The notes under the pieces: generated by a model
What the model was told of the DNA's origin: nothing
Seen by the model: only the letters and a program-made list of their open reading frames with translations
Database searches by the model: none
Part shown: positions 16,125 to 24,491 of the stretch, piece by piece
Layout of the letters: each line of letters opens with the position of its first letter
Numbering within the stretch: position 1 is the stretch's first letter
Source of the DNA: a virus
Taxonomy: Duplodnaviria; Caudoviricetes
Virus record (IMG/VR): IMGVR_UViG_3300029317_000007
Location: 1 to 25,714 of that record
Length of the DNA stretch: 25,714 nucleotides
Direction: 5' to 3' (one strand)
Position numbers and translations under genes: made by a program

Positions 16125-16152
16125 GTTTGGACTAGTATTAGATTAAGTCTAA
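16110..16152 (+). promoter_or_regulatory. Moron promoter with a palindromic operator
   Basis: TTGACC (in the terminator loop), 17-nt spacer, TAGTAT (16133-16138); TTAGA-ttaag-TCTAA (16138-16152) spans the predicted +1. Confidence 0.5.
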
Positions 16153-16167
16153 CAAGGGAGAGGGATA

Positions 16168-16548
16168 GTGGACGCATTTAAAGAGTGGGAGCTGGAAACG
16201 AGAATCAAAAAGCTAGAGGGCGGCGGTTTGGATAACCTAATGGCTAACTACAATAAAAAGATTGATAGTATTTTCAGTGGTGCGATTGATAAGCTTGACG
16301 TCCTATCTGTAGAGCTTATGACTCCAGAAGAAATAAGGCCGGAATATCACAATGCTGGGTATTACTTAAATCAGCTGGCGGCTAGGGGTCAGTCAGGGAG
16401 CTACGACCAAAGAGGATTGGCCCAAGCTCAACAGGGTTACGGGCTGGTGCCGGGGGCGCAAAATCAATTAGCTGCGCAGTCTGGTATGTACGGGCAATCG
16501 TTTGGGCAGTTTGGTTTTTTAGGTATGGCGGGAATAGGGAGAATATAA
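16168..16548 (+). CDS. Hypothetical protein with a G/Q-rich low-complexity C-terminus
   Basis: GTG start with purine-rich SD AAGGGAGAGGGA. Confidence 0.7.
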   Translation: MDAFKEWELETRIKKLEGGGLDNLMANYNKKIDSIFSGAIDKLDVLSVELMTPEEIRPEYHNAGYYLNQLAARGQSGSYDQRGLAQAQQGYGLVPGAQNQLAAQSGMYGQSFGQFGFLGMAGIGRI

Positions 16549-16770
16549 ATGAATAACACACACAAGCTACTACTAGCCTTTATTAAAGCAAGTGGGTATG
16601 AGGTTGAGCGAGTGGCAATTATGGCGAAAGACTCCGACAAGATAGTTAATGATTACAAGGTGACTAAGAGGCAAAGCGGTAATTTTCCAGTGGGTAGAAA
16701 GCCTGCACCACCAAACCTACCCACCGTACAGGAGCTAAATAACGAGTTCAAAAAGGATCACCAACTATGA
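16549..16770 (+). CDS. Hypothetical phage protein
   Basis: GGAG SD; abuts the previous stop. Confidence 0.7.
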   Translation: MNNTHKLLLAFIKASGYEVERVAIMAKDSDKIVNDYKVTKRQSGNFPVGRKPAPPNLPTVQELNNEFKKDHQL

Positions 16771-16967
16771 AAACCTATAGCGCAAGCGACCTAGGATCAC
16801 ACAAGCGCACAGAGATATTCGAAGCCGCTAAGAGTGACGGGGTTATCATTCAGAAGAAGAACACTAATGGCGAGGTGCTGGAGGAGTTTGTGATGATTCA
16901 GGCTGACAGCCAAGCCATATATCAGCTATTCCATAATGACGACCTCAATCCAGCGGTGATGCGATGA
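16767..16967 (+). CDS. Phd/YefM-like antitoxin-fold protein
   Basis: MKTYSASDL...RTEIFEAA...GVIIQKK...FVMI fits the Phd beta-helix-helix-beta-beta pattern. Confidence 0.55.
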   Translation: MKTYSASDLGSHKRTEIFEAAKSDGVIIQKKNTNGEVLEEFVMIQADSQAIYQLFHNDDLNPAVMR

Positions 16968-17053
16968 GAGGCGTTATATTCTGGTCAGTGGTCAGGGTAA
17001 TTGAACTGGCCCTAATGTGCTTAGGTATAGCCACTTTAGTTGTTTTGTTCTAG
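16964..17053 (+). CDS. Single-TM hydrophobic peptide, 29 aa, not in the ORF track
   Basis: MRGVIFWSVVRVIELALMCLGIATLVVLF; ATGA overlap; stop codon abuts the terminator. Confidence 0.55.
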   Translation: MRGVIFWSVVRVIELALMCLGIATLVVLF

Positions 17054-17073
17054 CCCTCTTCGGAGGGTTTTTT
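17053..17073 (+). terminator. Intrinsic terminator closing the moron
   Basis: GCCCTC-TTCG-GAGGGT followed by TTTTT. Confidence 0.85.
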
Positions 17074-17114
17074 ATTGCCTGCCTTATAGTTAAAACCTAT
17101 CAGTCCACCCCTAT

Positions 17115-17143
17115 TTGTAAGCAATAGCCTATTAGGTTAAAAT
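17115..17143 (+). promoter_or_regulatory. Sigma70-type promoter for scaffold/coat
   Basis: TTGTAA (17115-17120), 17-nt spacer, TAAAAT (17138-17143). Confidence 0.55.
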
Positions 17144-17198
17144 ACCCCCATAGGTACGCGACCTTATCGCGGCTAACTACTCTTTTTGAGGCTTTACA

Positions 17199-17957
17199 AT
17201 GACAGACGCTGCACTTGTTGACGATAATATGCCACCTCTTGACCCTGTACCGGAACAGGTAAATGAATCGGTTGAATCAGAAACGCCCGAGGCCTCAGCA
17301 CCTCAAGCGGACGATAAGCCCGTTGAAAACGATGGTTTTCAGAAGCGGATCAATAAAGTAACTGCCGAGAAGTATACGGCACAGCGTGAAGCCAAGGCAT
17401 TGCAAGAGCGGATAGCGCAGCTAGAAGCGGCAGTTCCTAAGCCAGAAGTAAAAGCGCCAACCCTGGAAGACCATGATTATGACGAAGCAGCATTTCAAGC
17501 GGCCTCTATCAGTCATCAGGTTAAACAGGGTGTAGCGGCAGAGTCGCAGCGATTACAACAGCAAGCCGTGACAGCTCAGCAAGTACAGGCACAACAGGCA
17601 GCCGCCAATGCATTTGATGCACAAGTGACAGCATGTACAGCCAAGAACGCAGACTATCAAGACAAGGTTGCTCAATTACCTGAATTCAACCAGGACACAT
17701 TGAGCGCAATCATGGCATCAGAGCAAGGCGCAGATTTAGCCTATGAGCTGGCCAGCCGATTAGACCTAGCTGATGAAATTGCCAACGCTTCGCCATACGT
17801 GGCAATGATGAAACTGGGTGAGCTAAGCGCGCAATTAAAAGCAACACCACAAATTAAACCAAGTGCAGCGCCTGCACCCATTGAACCAGTATCTTCGGGC
17901 GGGGCTTTGTCGAAAGACATAGGCGAGATGTCCATGGAAGAACTCTACAATCTGTAA
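17199..17957 (+). CDS. Scaffolding protein (P22 gp8 position)
   Basis: Acidic N-terminus, FQKRINKVTAEKY coiled coil, C-terminal KPSAAPAPIEPV; lies between portal and coat. Confidence 0.85.
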   Translation: MTDAALVDDNMPPLDPVPEQVNESVESETPEASAPQADDKPVENDGFQKRINKVTAEKYTAQREAKALQERIAQLEAAVPKPEVKAPTLEDHDYDEAAFQAASISHQVKQGVAAESQRLQQQAVTAQQVQAQQAAANAFDAQVTACTAKNADYQDKVAQLPEFNQDTLSAIMASEQGADLAYELASRLDLADEIANASPYVAMMKLGELSAQLKATPQIKPSAAPAPIEPVSSGGALSKDIGEMSMEELYNL

Positions 17958-17989
17958 AGGCTTTCTAAGCATATAAAGGAGTTAGCATA

Positions 17990-19216
17990 ATGGCTAATAA
18001 TTTCAAGAATACGTCATTAGTGACGAAAATCGCGGTTAAGGAATTCTTAAACGCATTGGTGATGGGTCAGAAAGTTGACCGTCAATTAGATTCACAATTT
18101 CGCAAGGTGGGCGCGTCTATCGATGTTCGCCGCCCTGTTATGTTTGACTCGTCAGACGGTGCCACCTTATCGGGTACAGGCACAGACATTGAAGAGCGCG
18201 CAGCTACCGTGACACTGGATAAGCGCAAGAAGGTACACTTTGAGATTGATTCCCAGGCCATGACTTTGAACATTGAAGACATGACTTCCCGTTATATTCG
18301 CCCAGCAATGGAAGAGTTAGCGCAGAAAGTGGAAACCGATCTTGGTGACGTGTACAAGCAAATTGGTAACTTTACCGGCACCCCGGGAACCACACCAAGT
18401 ACTTTCTTAACTGTTGCCCAGACCGGCGCAGTATTGAGTAAGCTTGGCGTACCTATGCAAGATCGCTGTTTGTTTGTTAACGCAGATGCCGCAGTGGTTC
18501 TAGCCAACGGTTTACGTGAAGTATTCCCAGAAGGTATCGCCAAGAAAGCAATCGAAGAAGCTAGTGTTGGTCGTTATGGTCGTTTTGACATCTTCGAGTC
18601 TAACTCTTTGGCTACTCATACTGTAGGTGTCGCCACTGGTACGCCTTTGGTTAACGGTGCCACTCAAAACGTGACCTATGCGGCCTCCGGTGACAGCTGG
18701 ACTCAAAGCCTAATCACGGACGGCTGGACTAACAGCACTGCCGATATTTTGCTGGAAGGTGACTCGTTCACTATTGCGGGTGTTAACTCTGTTAACCGAC
18801 GCACTCGTGTTGATACTGGTGATCTTCAAACCTTTACCGTGACTGCTGATGCGGCGTCAGGTGCAACCACTGGCCCGTCTACCCTGACCATTACCCCGCC
18901 AATGATTACTTCTGGCCCATACCAGACTGTAACAGCGGCTCCGGCTGATGATGCGGCTATTGTCGTACTAACAGGCGCTAGCGGTACAAGTCACCCGCAA
19001 CACCTTGGTTTCCACAAGAACGCTATCACCTTGGCCATGGCTCCGCTTGATATGCCAACCGATGGTGCCAGTGCAGCTCGTGAAAGCTTCAAAGGTATTT
19101 CGATTCGCTCGGTTCGTCAGTATGACATCACGAACGATAAGACGATTTTCCGCTTCGATATTCTTTATGGTATCAAGGCGCAGAATCCAGACTTTGCTGT
19201 CCGTTTAACTGGCTAG
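17990..19216 (+). CDS. Major capsid protein, P22 gp5-like
   Basis: MANNF..., KVGASIDVRRP, RYIRPAMEELA, LLEGDSFTIAGV, FHKNAITLA, RFDILYG; AAGGAG SD. Confidence 0.93.
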   Translation: MANNFKNTSLVTKIAVKEFLNALVMGQKVDRQLDSQFRKVGASIDVRRPVMFDSSDGATLSGTGTDIEERAATVTLDKRKKVHFEIDSQAMTLNIEDMTSRYIRPAMEELAQKVETDLGDVYKQIGNFTGTPGTTPSTFLTVAQTGAVLSKLGVPMQDRCLFVNADAAVVLANGLREVFPEGIAKKAIEEASVGRYGRFDIFESNSLATHTVGVATGTPLVNGATQNVTYAASGDSWTQSLITDGWTNSTADILLEGDSFTIAGVNSVNRRTRVDTGDLQTFTVTADAASGATTGPSTLTITPPMITSGPYQTVTAAPADDAAIVVLTGASGTSHPQHLGFHKNAITLAMAPLDMPTDGASAARESFKGISIRSVRQYDITNDKTIFRFDILYGIKAQNPDFAVRLTG

Positions 19217-19220
19217 TATG

Positions 19221-19249
19221 AGAGGGGCTTAACGGCCCCTTTTCTTTTT
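19221..19249 (+). terminator. Intrinsic terminator after coat
   Basis: AGGGGC-ttaacg-GCCCCT followed by TTTCTTTTT. Confidence 0.85.
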
Positions 19250-19268
19250 ACCCTTCAGAGTTAAATCA

Positions 19269-19637
19269 ATGAGCAACGAAACCAAACGCTGGATTTATCA
19301 CGAAACCAAAGACCCGCGCATTATTAATGATGGCGAGTTTGAAAAATTTGAAGCTTTAGGCTGGGCTGATACCCCTGCTAAATTCCTGAAGCTGGAAACC
19401 ATCGGCATTGATCAACAAAAGATTGATAGTGGCGATGAAGGCGAAGCGGCCAAAGCACAGCAGGCCCTCGATACTGTTAGCGGTGTTGTTAACTCGCTTA
19501 ACGGTGCATTGAACCTGGATGCAATGAATAAGGTGGAGCTAGAAGAGTATGCCTTAGAGCACTTCGGTGTCGACCTTGACCGCCGTAAAAACCCTGCAAA
19601 GCTACGCAAAGAAATACGTAAATTAATGGAGTCCTAA
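19269..19637 (+). CDS. Head-region protein with a C-terminal HeH/Rho-N-like helical motif
   Basis: GWADTP motif; MNKVELEEYALEHFGVDLDRRKNPAKLRKEI. Confidence 0.6.
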   Translation: MSNETKRWIYHETKDPRIINDGEFEKFEALGWADTPAKFLKLETIGIDQQKIDSGDEGEAAKAQQALDTVSGVVNSLNGALNLDAMNKVELEEYALEHFGVDLDRRKNPAKLRKEIRKLMES

Positions 19638-20075
19638 ATGGCCACAGCTTCAAGCTTTATAACTCGAGCATTGCAAAAGCTTGGAGTTCGTACCAGTGAA
19701 AGCCCTATTGAAGCCTCAGAAATGCAAGATGGCTTAGACGAGCTTAACGACATGTTGAGCAGTTGGGAGATGTCCGGCTTTGAGATGGGGTTTTCCCCTG
19801 TCATGGATGCCGATGACGAGATTAGGGTGCCTCGTGAGGCTCATGCGGCCATCAAAGCCAACCTAGCAGTAAGAATGGGGCCGGAGTATTCGCGAAACCC
19901 TGACCCAATACTGATGGACCAAGCGCGCACCACCAAGAAAGAGCTATTAAACGCCCTTATTATTATTGGCCCAGTTGCTTACCCTTCTACCCTGCCATTA
20001 GGTTCGGGCAATGAATGTGCGGGCTTTATAACCGACCGCAAGTTTTTCCCAGAGAATGAGCAGGAGCACTTTTAG
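19638..20075 (+). CDS. Head-tail adaptor, P22 gp4-like
   Basis: ITRALQKLGV...EMQDGLDELNDMLSSW...NLAVRMGPEY...LPLGSGN. Confidence 0.88.
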   Translation: MATASSFITRALQKLGVRTSESPIEASEMQDGLDELNDMLSSWEMSGFEMGFSPVMDADDEIRVPREAHAAIKANLAVRMGPEYSRNPDPILMDQARTTKKELLNALIIIGPVAYPSTLPLGSGNECAGFITDRKFFPENEQEHF

Positions 20076-21532
20076 TGAAAACACAGCTAGAAATAGCCAA
20101 TGGGTTTTATGTTAGCGACTCACTGCCATTATCTGCCCAACGCTGTATTAACTGGATTCCTGTTATACCTCAGGCAGCGGCATTAAATCAGCGGGCTTTA
20201 TTTGATGCCCCAGGTTTAACCTTGTTCGGTACGGCGGCAGGAATTAACCGTGGCGCTCAAGAGATGAAAGAGGTGCCTTACTTTGTTAACGGCAATACCC
20301 TTTATTCCGTTGACGCTTTGGGTGCATCTACTGCCCATGGCACCATAGAGGGCACAGGTCGTGTATCCCTAGCCAATAACGGTCAGTATCTTGTGGTGGT
20401 GGTGCCAGGTGGCAAGGCATACGCATTTAACAATGCGGATAGCACGTTAACAGAAATAACCGATATAGATTTCACAGCCAGAAAAGCTAACACGGTTGTT
20501 TTTAAAGACGGTTATTTTGTTTATTCGTCAGCCGATGGCAGTGTATTTTTTAACTCTTCCCTTAATGACCCGTTTACTTATTCGGGCTTAGACTTTGGCA
20601 CGGCAGAAATAAACCCAGACAGAATAGTGGCCCTGCATGTAAACCATAATGAATTATTTGTTACTGGCTTAGAGACCATTGAGTTATTCCAAAACGTGGG
20701 TGGGGCGGGCTTCCCATTTCAGCGTATCCCGGGTGCCAATATACAAAAGGGTGTGCACGCTAAATTTAGCCTAGTGGAGTTTGATAATACCTTTTTGTTT
20801 ATTGGTGGTGGTCTCAATGAAGGCTCAGCCGTGTGGAAGGTATCCGGTTCCTCTTCGGCGCAAAAGATTTCAAGCTCTGCCATTGATAACGCAATCCAAG
20901 AATTTACCCGCGATGAAATAGCCAACGCATTTGCTTGGACCTATTCGGCGGGCGGTTGCTTCTTTGCAGGCTTTACACTTGAAAGCGATAGAATCCCCTG
21001 CAAGACATTTGTTTATGATGCCACCACATCAGCCCTAGCAGGTCAGCAAACATGGCATGAGCGCCAATCAGGTGTTATTGATAACAGCTGGCGGGTTAAC
21101 TCAATTGTATCGGCTCATGGTCAGTTATTGGTTGGTGATTCACAAGGCGGTAACATTGGATTCATAGATAAGAGCAACTATACAGAGTACGGCGATATCA
21201 TGGTTCAAGAGCGCACCTCGCAACCCTTCCAAGCGGGTGGCCTTCCCATCTTCGCTGGTGAGGTTCAGCTAACCATGGAGTCGGGCGTGGGTTTAACACT
21301 TGGACAGGGTTCCGACCCTCAAATTAGAATGGATTATTCCGACGATGGTGCACGAACATTCTCCAGTGAGTTTAGCCGCTCATACGGTAAAATAGGCGAA
21401 TATAGTTCATTACCAACATGGCGCAGACAGGGCCGAATCCCCCGCCATAGGGTGTTAAGATTCAAAACTTCAGAGCCGGTTAAGAGTGTTATAATCAAGC
21501 TCGAAGCGGATGTTGAAGGCGGTACGCAGTAA
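20075..21532 (+). CDS. Tail hub / packaged-DNA stabilisation protein, P22 gp10-like
   Basis: FKDGYFV, TAEINPDRIV, FPFQRIPG, TFVYDATT...WHER, YSDDGARTFS, GKIGEY...WRRQG. Confidence 0.9.
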   Translation: MKTQLEIANGFYVSDSLPLSAQRCINWIPVIPQAAALNQRALFDAPGLTLFGTAAGINRGAQEMKEVPYFVNGNTLYSVDALGASTAHGTIEGTGRVSLANNGQYLVVVVPGGKAYAFNNADSTLTEITDIDFTARKANTVVFKDGYFVYSSADGSVFFNSSLNDPFTYSGLDFGTAEINPDRIVALHVNHNELFVTGLETIELFQNVGGAGFPFQRIPGANIQKGVHAKFSLVEFDNTFLFIGGGLNEGSAVWKVSGSSSAQKISSSAIDNAIQEFTRDEIANAFAWTYSAGGCFFAGFTLESDRIPCKTFVYDATTSALAGQQTWHERQSGVIDNSWRVNSIVSAHGQLLVGDSQGGNIGFIDKSNYTEYGDIMVQERTSQPFQAGGLPIFAGEVQLTMESGVGLTLGQGSDPQIRMDYSDDGARTFSSEFSRSYGKIGEYSSLPTWRRQGRIPRHRVLRFKTSEPVKSVIIKLEADVEGGTQ

Positions 21533-21798
21533 TGGCGGACTTAATACCACCAAGGCGTAATGAGCTTTTAACCCGTGACGGTGTACCAACTCAGCGCTTT
21601 GCAGACTACCTTGAGCGCCTAACCTCGCAAACCAATACCACTGTAGCGGCTACCAGTATTAACGCCGATGGCTCAGCAGCCAGGGCGCAATTGCTAGCCC
21701 TTCAGTTGCAGGTTGGTAGTGGTGACTTTTTAACATCAGACGAAACGGGCTTTACCGTTGATACCGATAAATTAACCGTTGATATGGACGAGGCATAA
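21532..21798 (+). CDS. Short tail-needle/adaptor protein (P22 gp26 position)
   Basis: Follows the gp10-like gene; PPRRNELL..DG..TQRFADYLERL N-terminus; C-terminal T-x-D repeats. Confidence 0.5.
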   Translation: MADLIPPRRNELLTRDGVPTQRFADYLERLTSQTNTTVAATSINADGSAARAQLLALQLQVGSGDFLTSDETGFTVDTDKLTVDMDEA

Positions 21799-23054
21799 TG
21801 GCTCAGCAAACAATAAATACAGGTGCAGCGGCTAACGACAGAACGGGTGATACTTGGCGCGATGCCATGATCAAGACCAATGATAACTTCGATGAACTAT
21901 TCGGCCTTTCTATTGATCGCCGGATTGTTATTAATCAATTATCTGATTTTCCAGCGGCGGCGGCGGGTGTCATTACCCTAGCGGCCAATACTCAATATTT
22001 AATTGCCAATGATGTAAACCTCGGAACAGATCGACTAGTTATGGCGGCCAACACTTCAGTGTCTGGCATTGAGTCCATCGTAGTCACTTTGTCTTATACC
22101 GGCACGGGGGACATGTTCACCATCTTAAATACCCGAAGCCGAATAAGTCAGTTGTCTATTTCTTGCGTAAGTGGTCGCGTTGTTAATTTGTCAGATAACA
22201 CCGACACTATTTTTCGAATGAATGATTGCAGTGTTGCCTGTGATCGCTTTGGCCTGTTTAACAGTTCGGGCGCAAACGGTACTACCATGCGATTCACTAA
22301 CGTGAGTCCATCCTCCATTACTACTAGCGGCCTGACCTTTACCGGCGCTTGGAATACCTTGCTGTGGGAAATATCAGCGGCCAACATTTTAGCGGGCATT
22401 TTCTTTAACTTGGGCAGTGCTACGTTTAGCGCTTTTATTTCCAACACTGTTCTTATTAACGTATCGGCGGGCGCAACCTTCTTAAGCGGTGCAACTGGTT
22501 CGGCCAATATAAATGCGGGCGGTATAGGGCAGATTCGTTCAACCCTTTCCTCGGGTGCCGGTACTTTGTTAGCGGGAATAACAACAGCAGACGCGCGGTG
22601 GGAATTTCTACACAATGACGATATACAAGACACAAGACCGGACGCACTAATGTCAATGCAAGGGAATGCAACGGTTACGACAATAGCGGTGGCGGGCACA
22701 TATGTGTTAACGGCGGGCACTTGGGCAGATGAAGGGGCGTCTCAGTTTACATTCACAACCGGTGGGCGGCTAACGTATGTCGGCGGCAAAGACGCTCGAC
22801 TACCTATTGATTTCTCATGTTCAGCAGAGCCTGTAAGTGGTAACGCCAAAACTATGGCCTTTCAGGTGGCCTTTAATGGCGTACCTATTCCAGAAAGCAA
22901 ACGAACCGGCTCGGCAGATGCAGGCAAACCCGCAGCAGTGGCCATACCTTGGCAGCTTACCTTTTCAACGGGTGACTTTGTAGAGGTGTTTGTGACCAAT
23001 GACACAGACACAATCGACGTATTAGTTTCAAGTGCGGTTGGGAGGGTTAACTAA
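21798..23054 (+). CDS. Tail spike / receptor-binding protein
   Basis: N-terminal QQTINTG..NDRTGDTWRDAMIKTNDNFDELF (T4 gp9/gp10-like anchor), beta-rich middle, C1q/BclA-like end (FSTGDFVEVFVTN). Confidence 0.7.
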   Translation: MAQQTINTGAAANDRTGDTWRDAMIKTNDNFDELFGLSIDRRIVINQLSDFPAAAAGVITLAANTQYLIANDVNLGTDRLVMAANTSVSGIESIVVTLSYTGTGDMFTILNTRSRISQLSISCVSGRVVNLSDNTDTIFRMNDCSVACDRFGLFNSSGANGTTMRFTNVSPSSITTSGLTFTGAWNTLLWEISAANILAGIFFNLGSATFSAFISNTVLINVSAGATFLSGATGSANINAGGIGQIRSTLSSGAGTLLAGITTADARWEFLHNDDIQDTRPDALMSMQGNATVTTIAVAGTYVLTAGTWADEGASQFTFTTGGRLTYVGGKDARLPIDFSCSAEPVSGNAKTMAFQVAFNGVPIPESKRTGSADAGKPAAVAIPWQLTFSTGDFVEVFVTNDTDTIDVLVSSAVGRVN

Positions 23055-23386
23055 TGGCTGAAGGTATACTGGTTAACAGCGCTCAGAACACTGTAGCGGA
23101 TAGCATTCAGTTATTCTATACGTCACCAACTACCGGCAGCGGTACACGGGTGACGGCCTTTACAGCTACCAACGACACAGCATCAAGCAAGACGTATAAA
23201 GGGTATATTTATGATGCTAGTGGCAGCGCGTTAACGGCGGTTATACCACAAAAGATTATTGTGCCGGACCGCTTTGACCTTGGCCCTTCTATGATTGGCC
23301 AGTTAATTCCACCGGGTGGAACGCTAAGAATGGAAAGCAGCGACGCTTTATCCATAGCCTTTAGAGTCACAGGGAATGAGCTTTGA
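23054..23386 (+). CDS. Small beta-sandwich tail-associated protein
   Basis: FYTSP...VTAFTATND...GQLIPPGG pattern; lies in the tail operon. Confidence 0.6.
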   Translation: MAEGILVNSAQNTVADSIQLFYTSPTTGSGTRVTAFTATNDTASSKTYKGYIYDASGSALTAVIPQKIIVPDRFDLGPSMIGQLIPPGGTLRMESSDALSIAFRVTGNEL

Positions 23387-23841
23387 TATTTCACCAGACT
23401 GAAGACATGGAACTGGTTAAACAGATAATGCTAATGCCTGAAATATTAAAGTATGCGGCAGAGGATAAGCCAGATCATAACCCAGCCTTTACCTGTAATG
23501 ATGGCGAGGCTTGGTTATTGGCCATGGACGGCGATGACTTTGTGGGGATTATTTACACTCACATAACCGGCGAAGTGGTGGCGAACTTTCACACGTACAT
23601 TTTAGAAAAGCATAATCGGAAGTTTAAGCGCATGTGCCGCACCTTCTTAAGATGGTTTGCCGACAACATGCCAAAGCAGATAATCAAATTAAATACGCTA
23701 ATGCCAAGCCATGCCAAGGCAGCTTTTAAAATAGCCATTAGCCTCGGATTCACTAAAGAAGGTACGGACCGCATGAGCTACAGAAAATATGATAAAATAT
23801 GGGACAGATACCATATGGGCATAACCCGAGGTGAAATGTAA
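23383..23841 (+). CDS. GNAT-fold protein, P22 gp14-like
   Basis: NFHTYIL..., AAFKIAISLGFTKEGTDRMSY; lies just before the ejection genes; TTG start. Confidence 0.75.
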   Translation: MIFHQTEDMELVKQIMLMPEILKYAAEDKPDHNPAFTCNDGEAWLLAMDGDDFVGIIYTHITGEVVANFHTYILEKHNRKFKRMCRTFLRWFADNMPKQIIKLNTLMPSHAKAAFKIAISLGFTKEGTDRMSYRKYDKIWDRYHMGITRGEM

Positions 23842-24491
23842 TGGGCTCATTAGTTAATACCGTTGTAGATATTGGAACGCTTGGCAATGTGTCAGATGTT
23901 ACCGGTCAAAAAGCAGCGGCAAGAGCGGCGGAAGGCGCGGCAGATGTTCAGGCGCAAGCATCACAGGCAGGCATTGAAGAGCAGCGCCGACAATTTGATA
24001 TATCCCAAGAGCAGGCGGCCCCATTTCGAGAAGCGGGTGTTGGCGCACTAGGTCAGCAACAGGCGTTGCTAGGTCTATCTGGTCAGGAAGCACAGCAAAC
24101 AGCATTTGCAGGGCTTGAAGAATCCCCAGGTCAGCGCTTTATTCGTGACCGGCAAGAGCGCGCCTTATTGCGTAATGCTTCGGCTACCGGCGGCTTAGGT
24201 GGTGGCAATGTAAAAACCGCCCTACAACAACAAGCGGCGGGCTTTGCTCAGCAGGACATACAAAACCAGTTTGGCCGTTTAGGTCAGCTATCAGGCCAAG
24301 GTCAGACAGCAACAACCAACATAGCTCAGCTAGGCGGGCAAGCCTCGGCAAACATTTCTAACCTACTTGGGCAGCAAGGCGCGGCGCGGGCATCTGGTAT
24401 ACTTGCACCGGCACAGGCTAACGCAGCGGCCACCAACCAGCTGCTATCACTTGGCGGAACACTTGGCGGCGCAGCATTGGGAGCACCATAG
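23841..24491 (+). CDS. DNA ejection (pilot) protein, P22 gp7-like
   Basis: A/G/Q-rich; EQRRQFD...APFREAGVGAL, SPGQRF, RNASATGGLGGGN. Confidence 0.85.
   Translation: MGSLVNTVVDIGTLGNVSDVTGQKAAARAAEGAADVQAQASQAGIEEQRRQFDISQEQAAPFREAGVGALGQQQALLGLSGQEAQQTAFAGLEESPGQRFIRDRQERALLRNASATGGLGGGNVKTALQQQAAGFAQQDIQNQFGRLGQLSGQGQTATTNIAQLGGQASANISNLLGQQGAARASGILAPAQANAAATNQLLSLGGTLGGAALGAP

Noticed and set aside
17500-17620. CAG/GCA-rich quasi-repeats in the scaffold gene (also seen in the ejection genes)
   Set aside because: Explained by Gln/Ala-rich coiled-coil coding
19005-19208. Alternative-frame ORF at the coat 3' end as a programmed frameshift extension
   Set aside because: It stops before the coat stop codon, and a terminator follows, so no extension is possible
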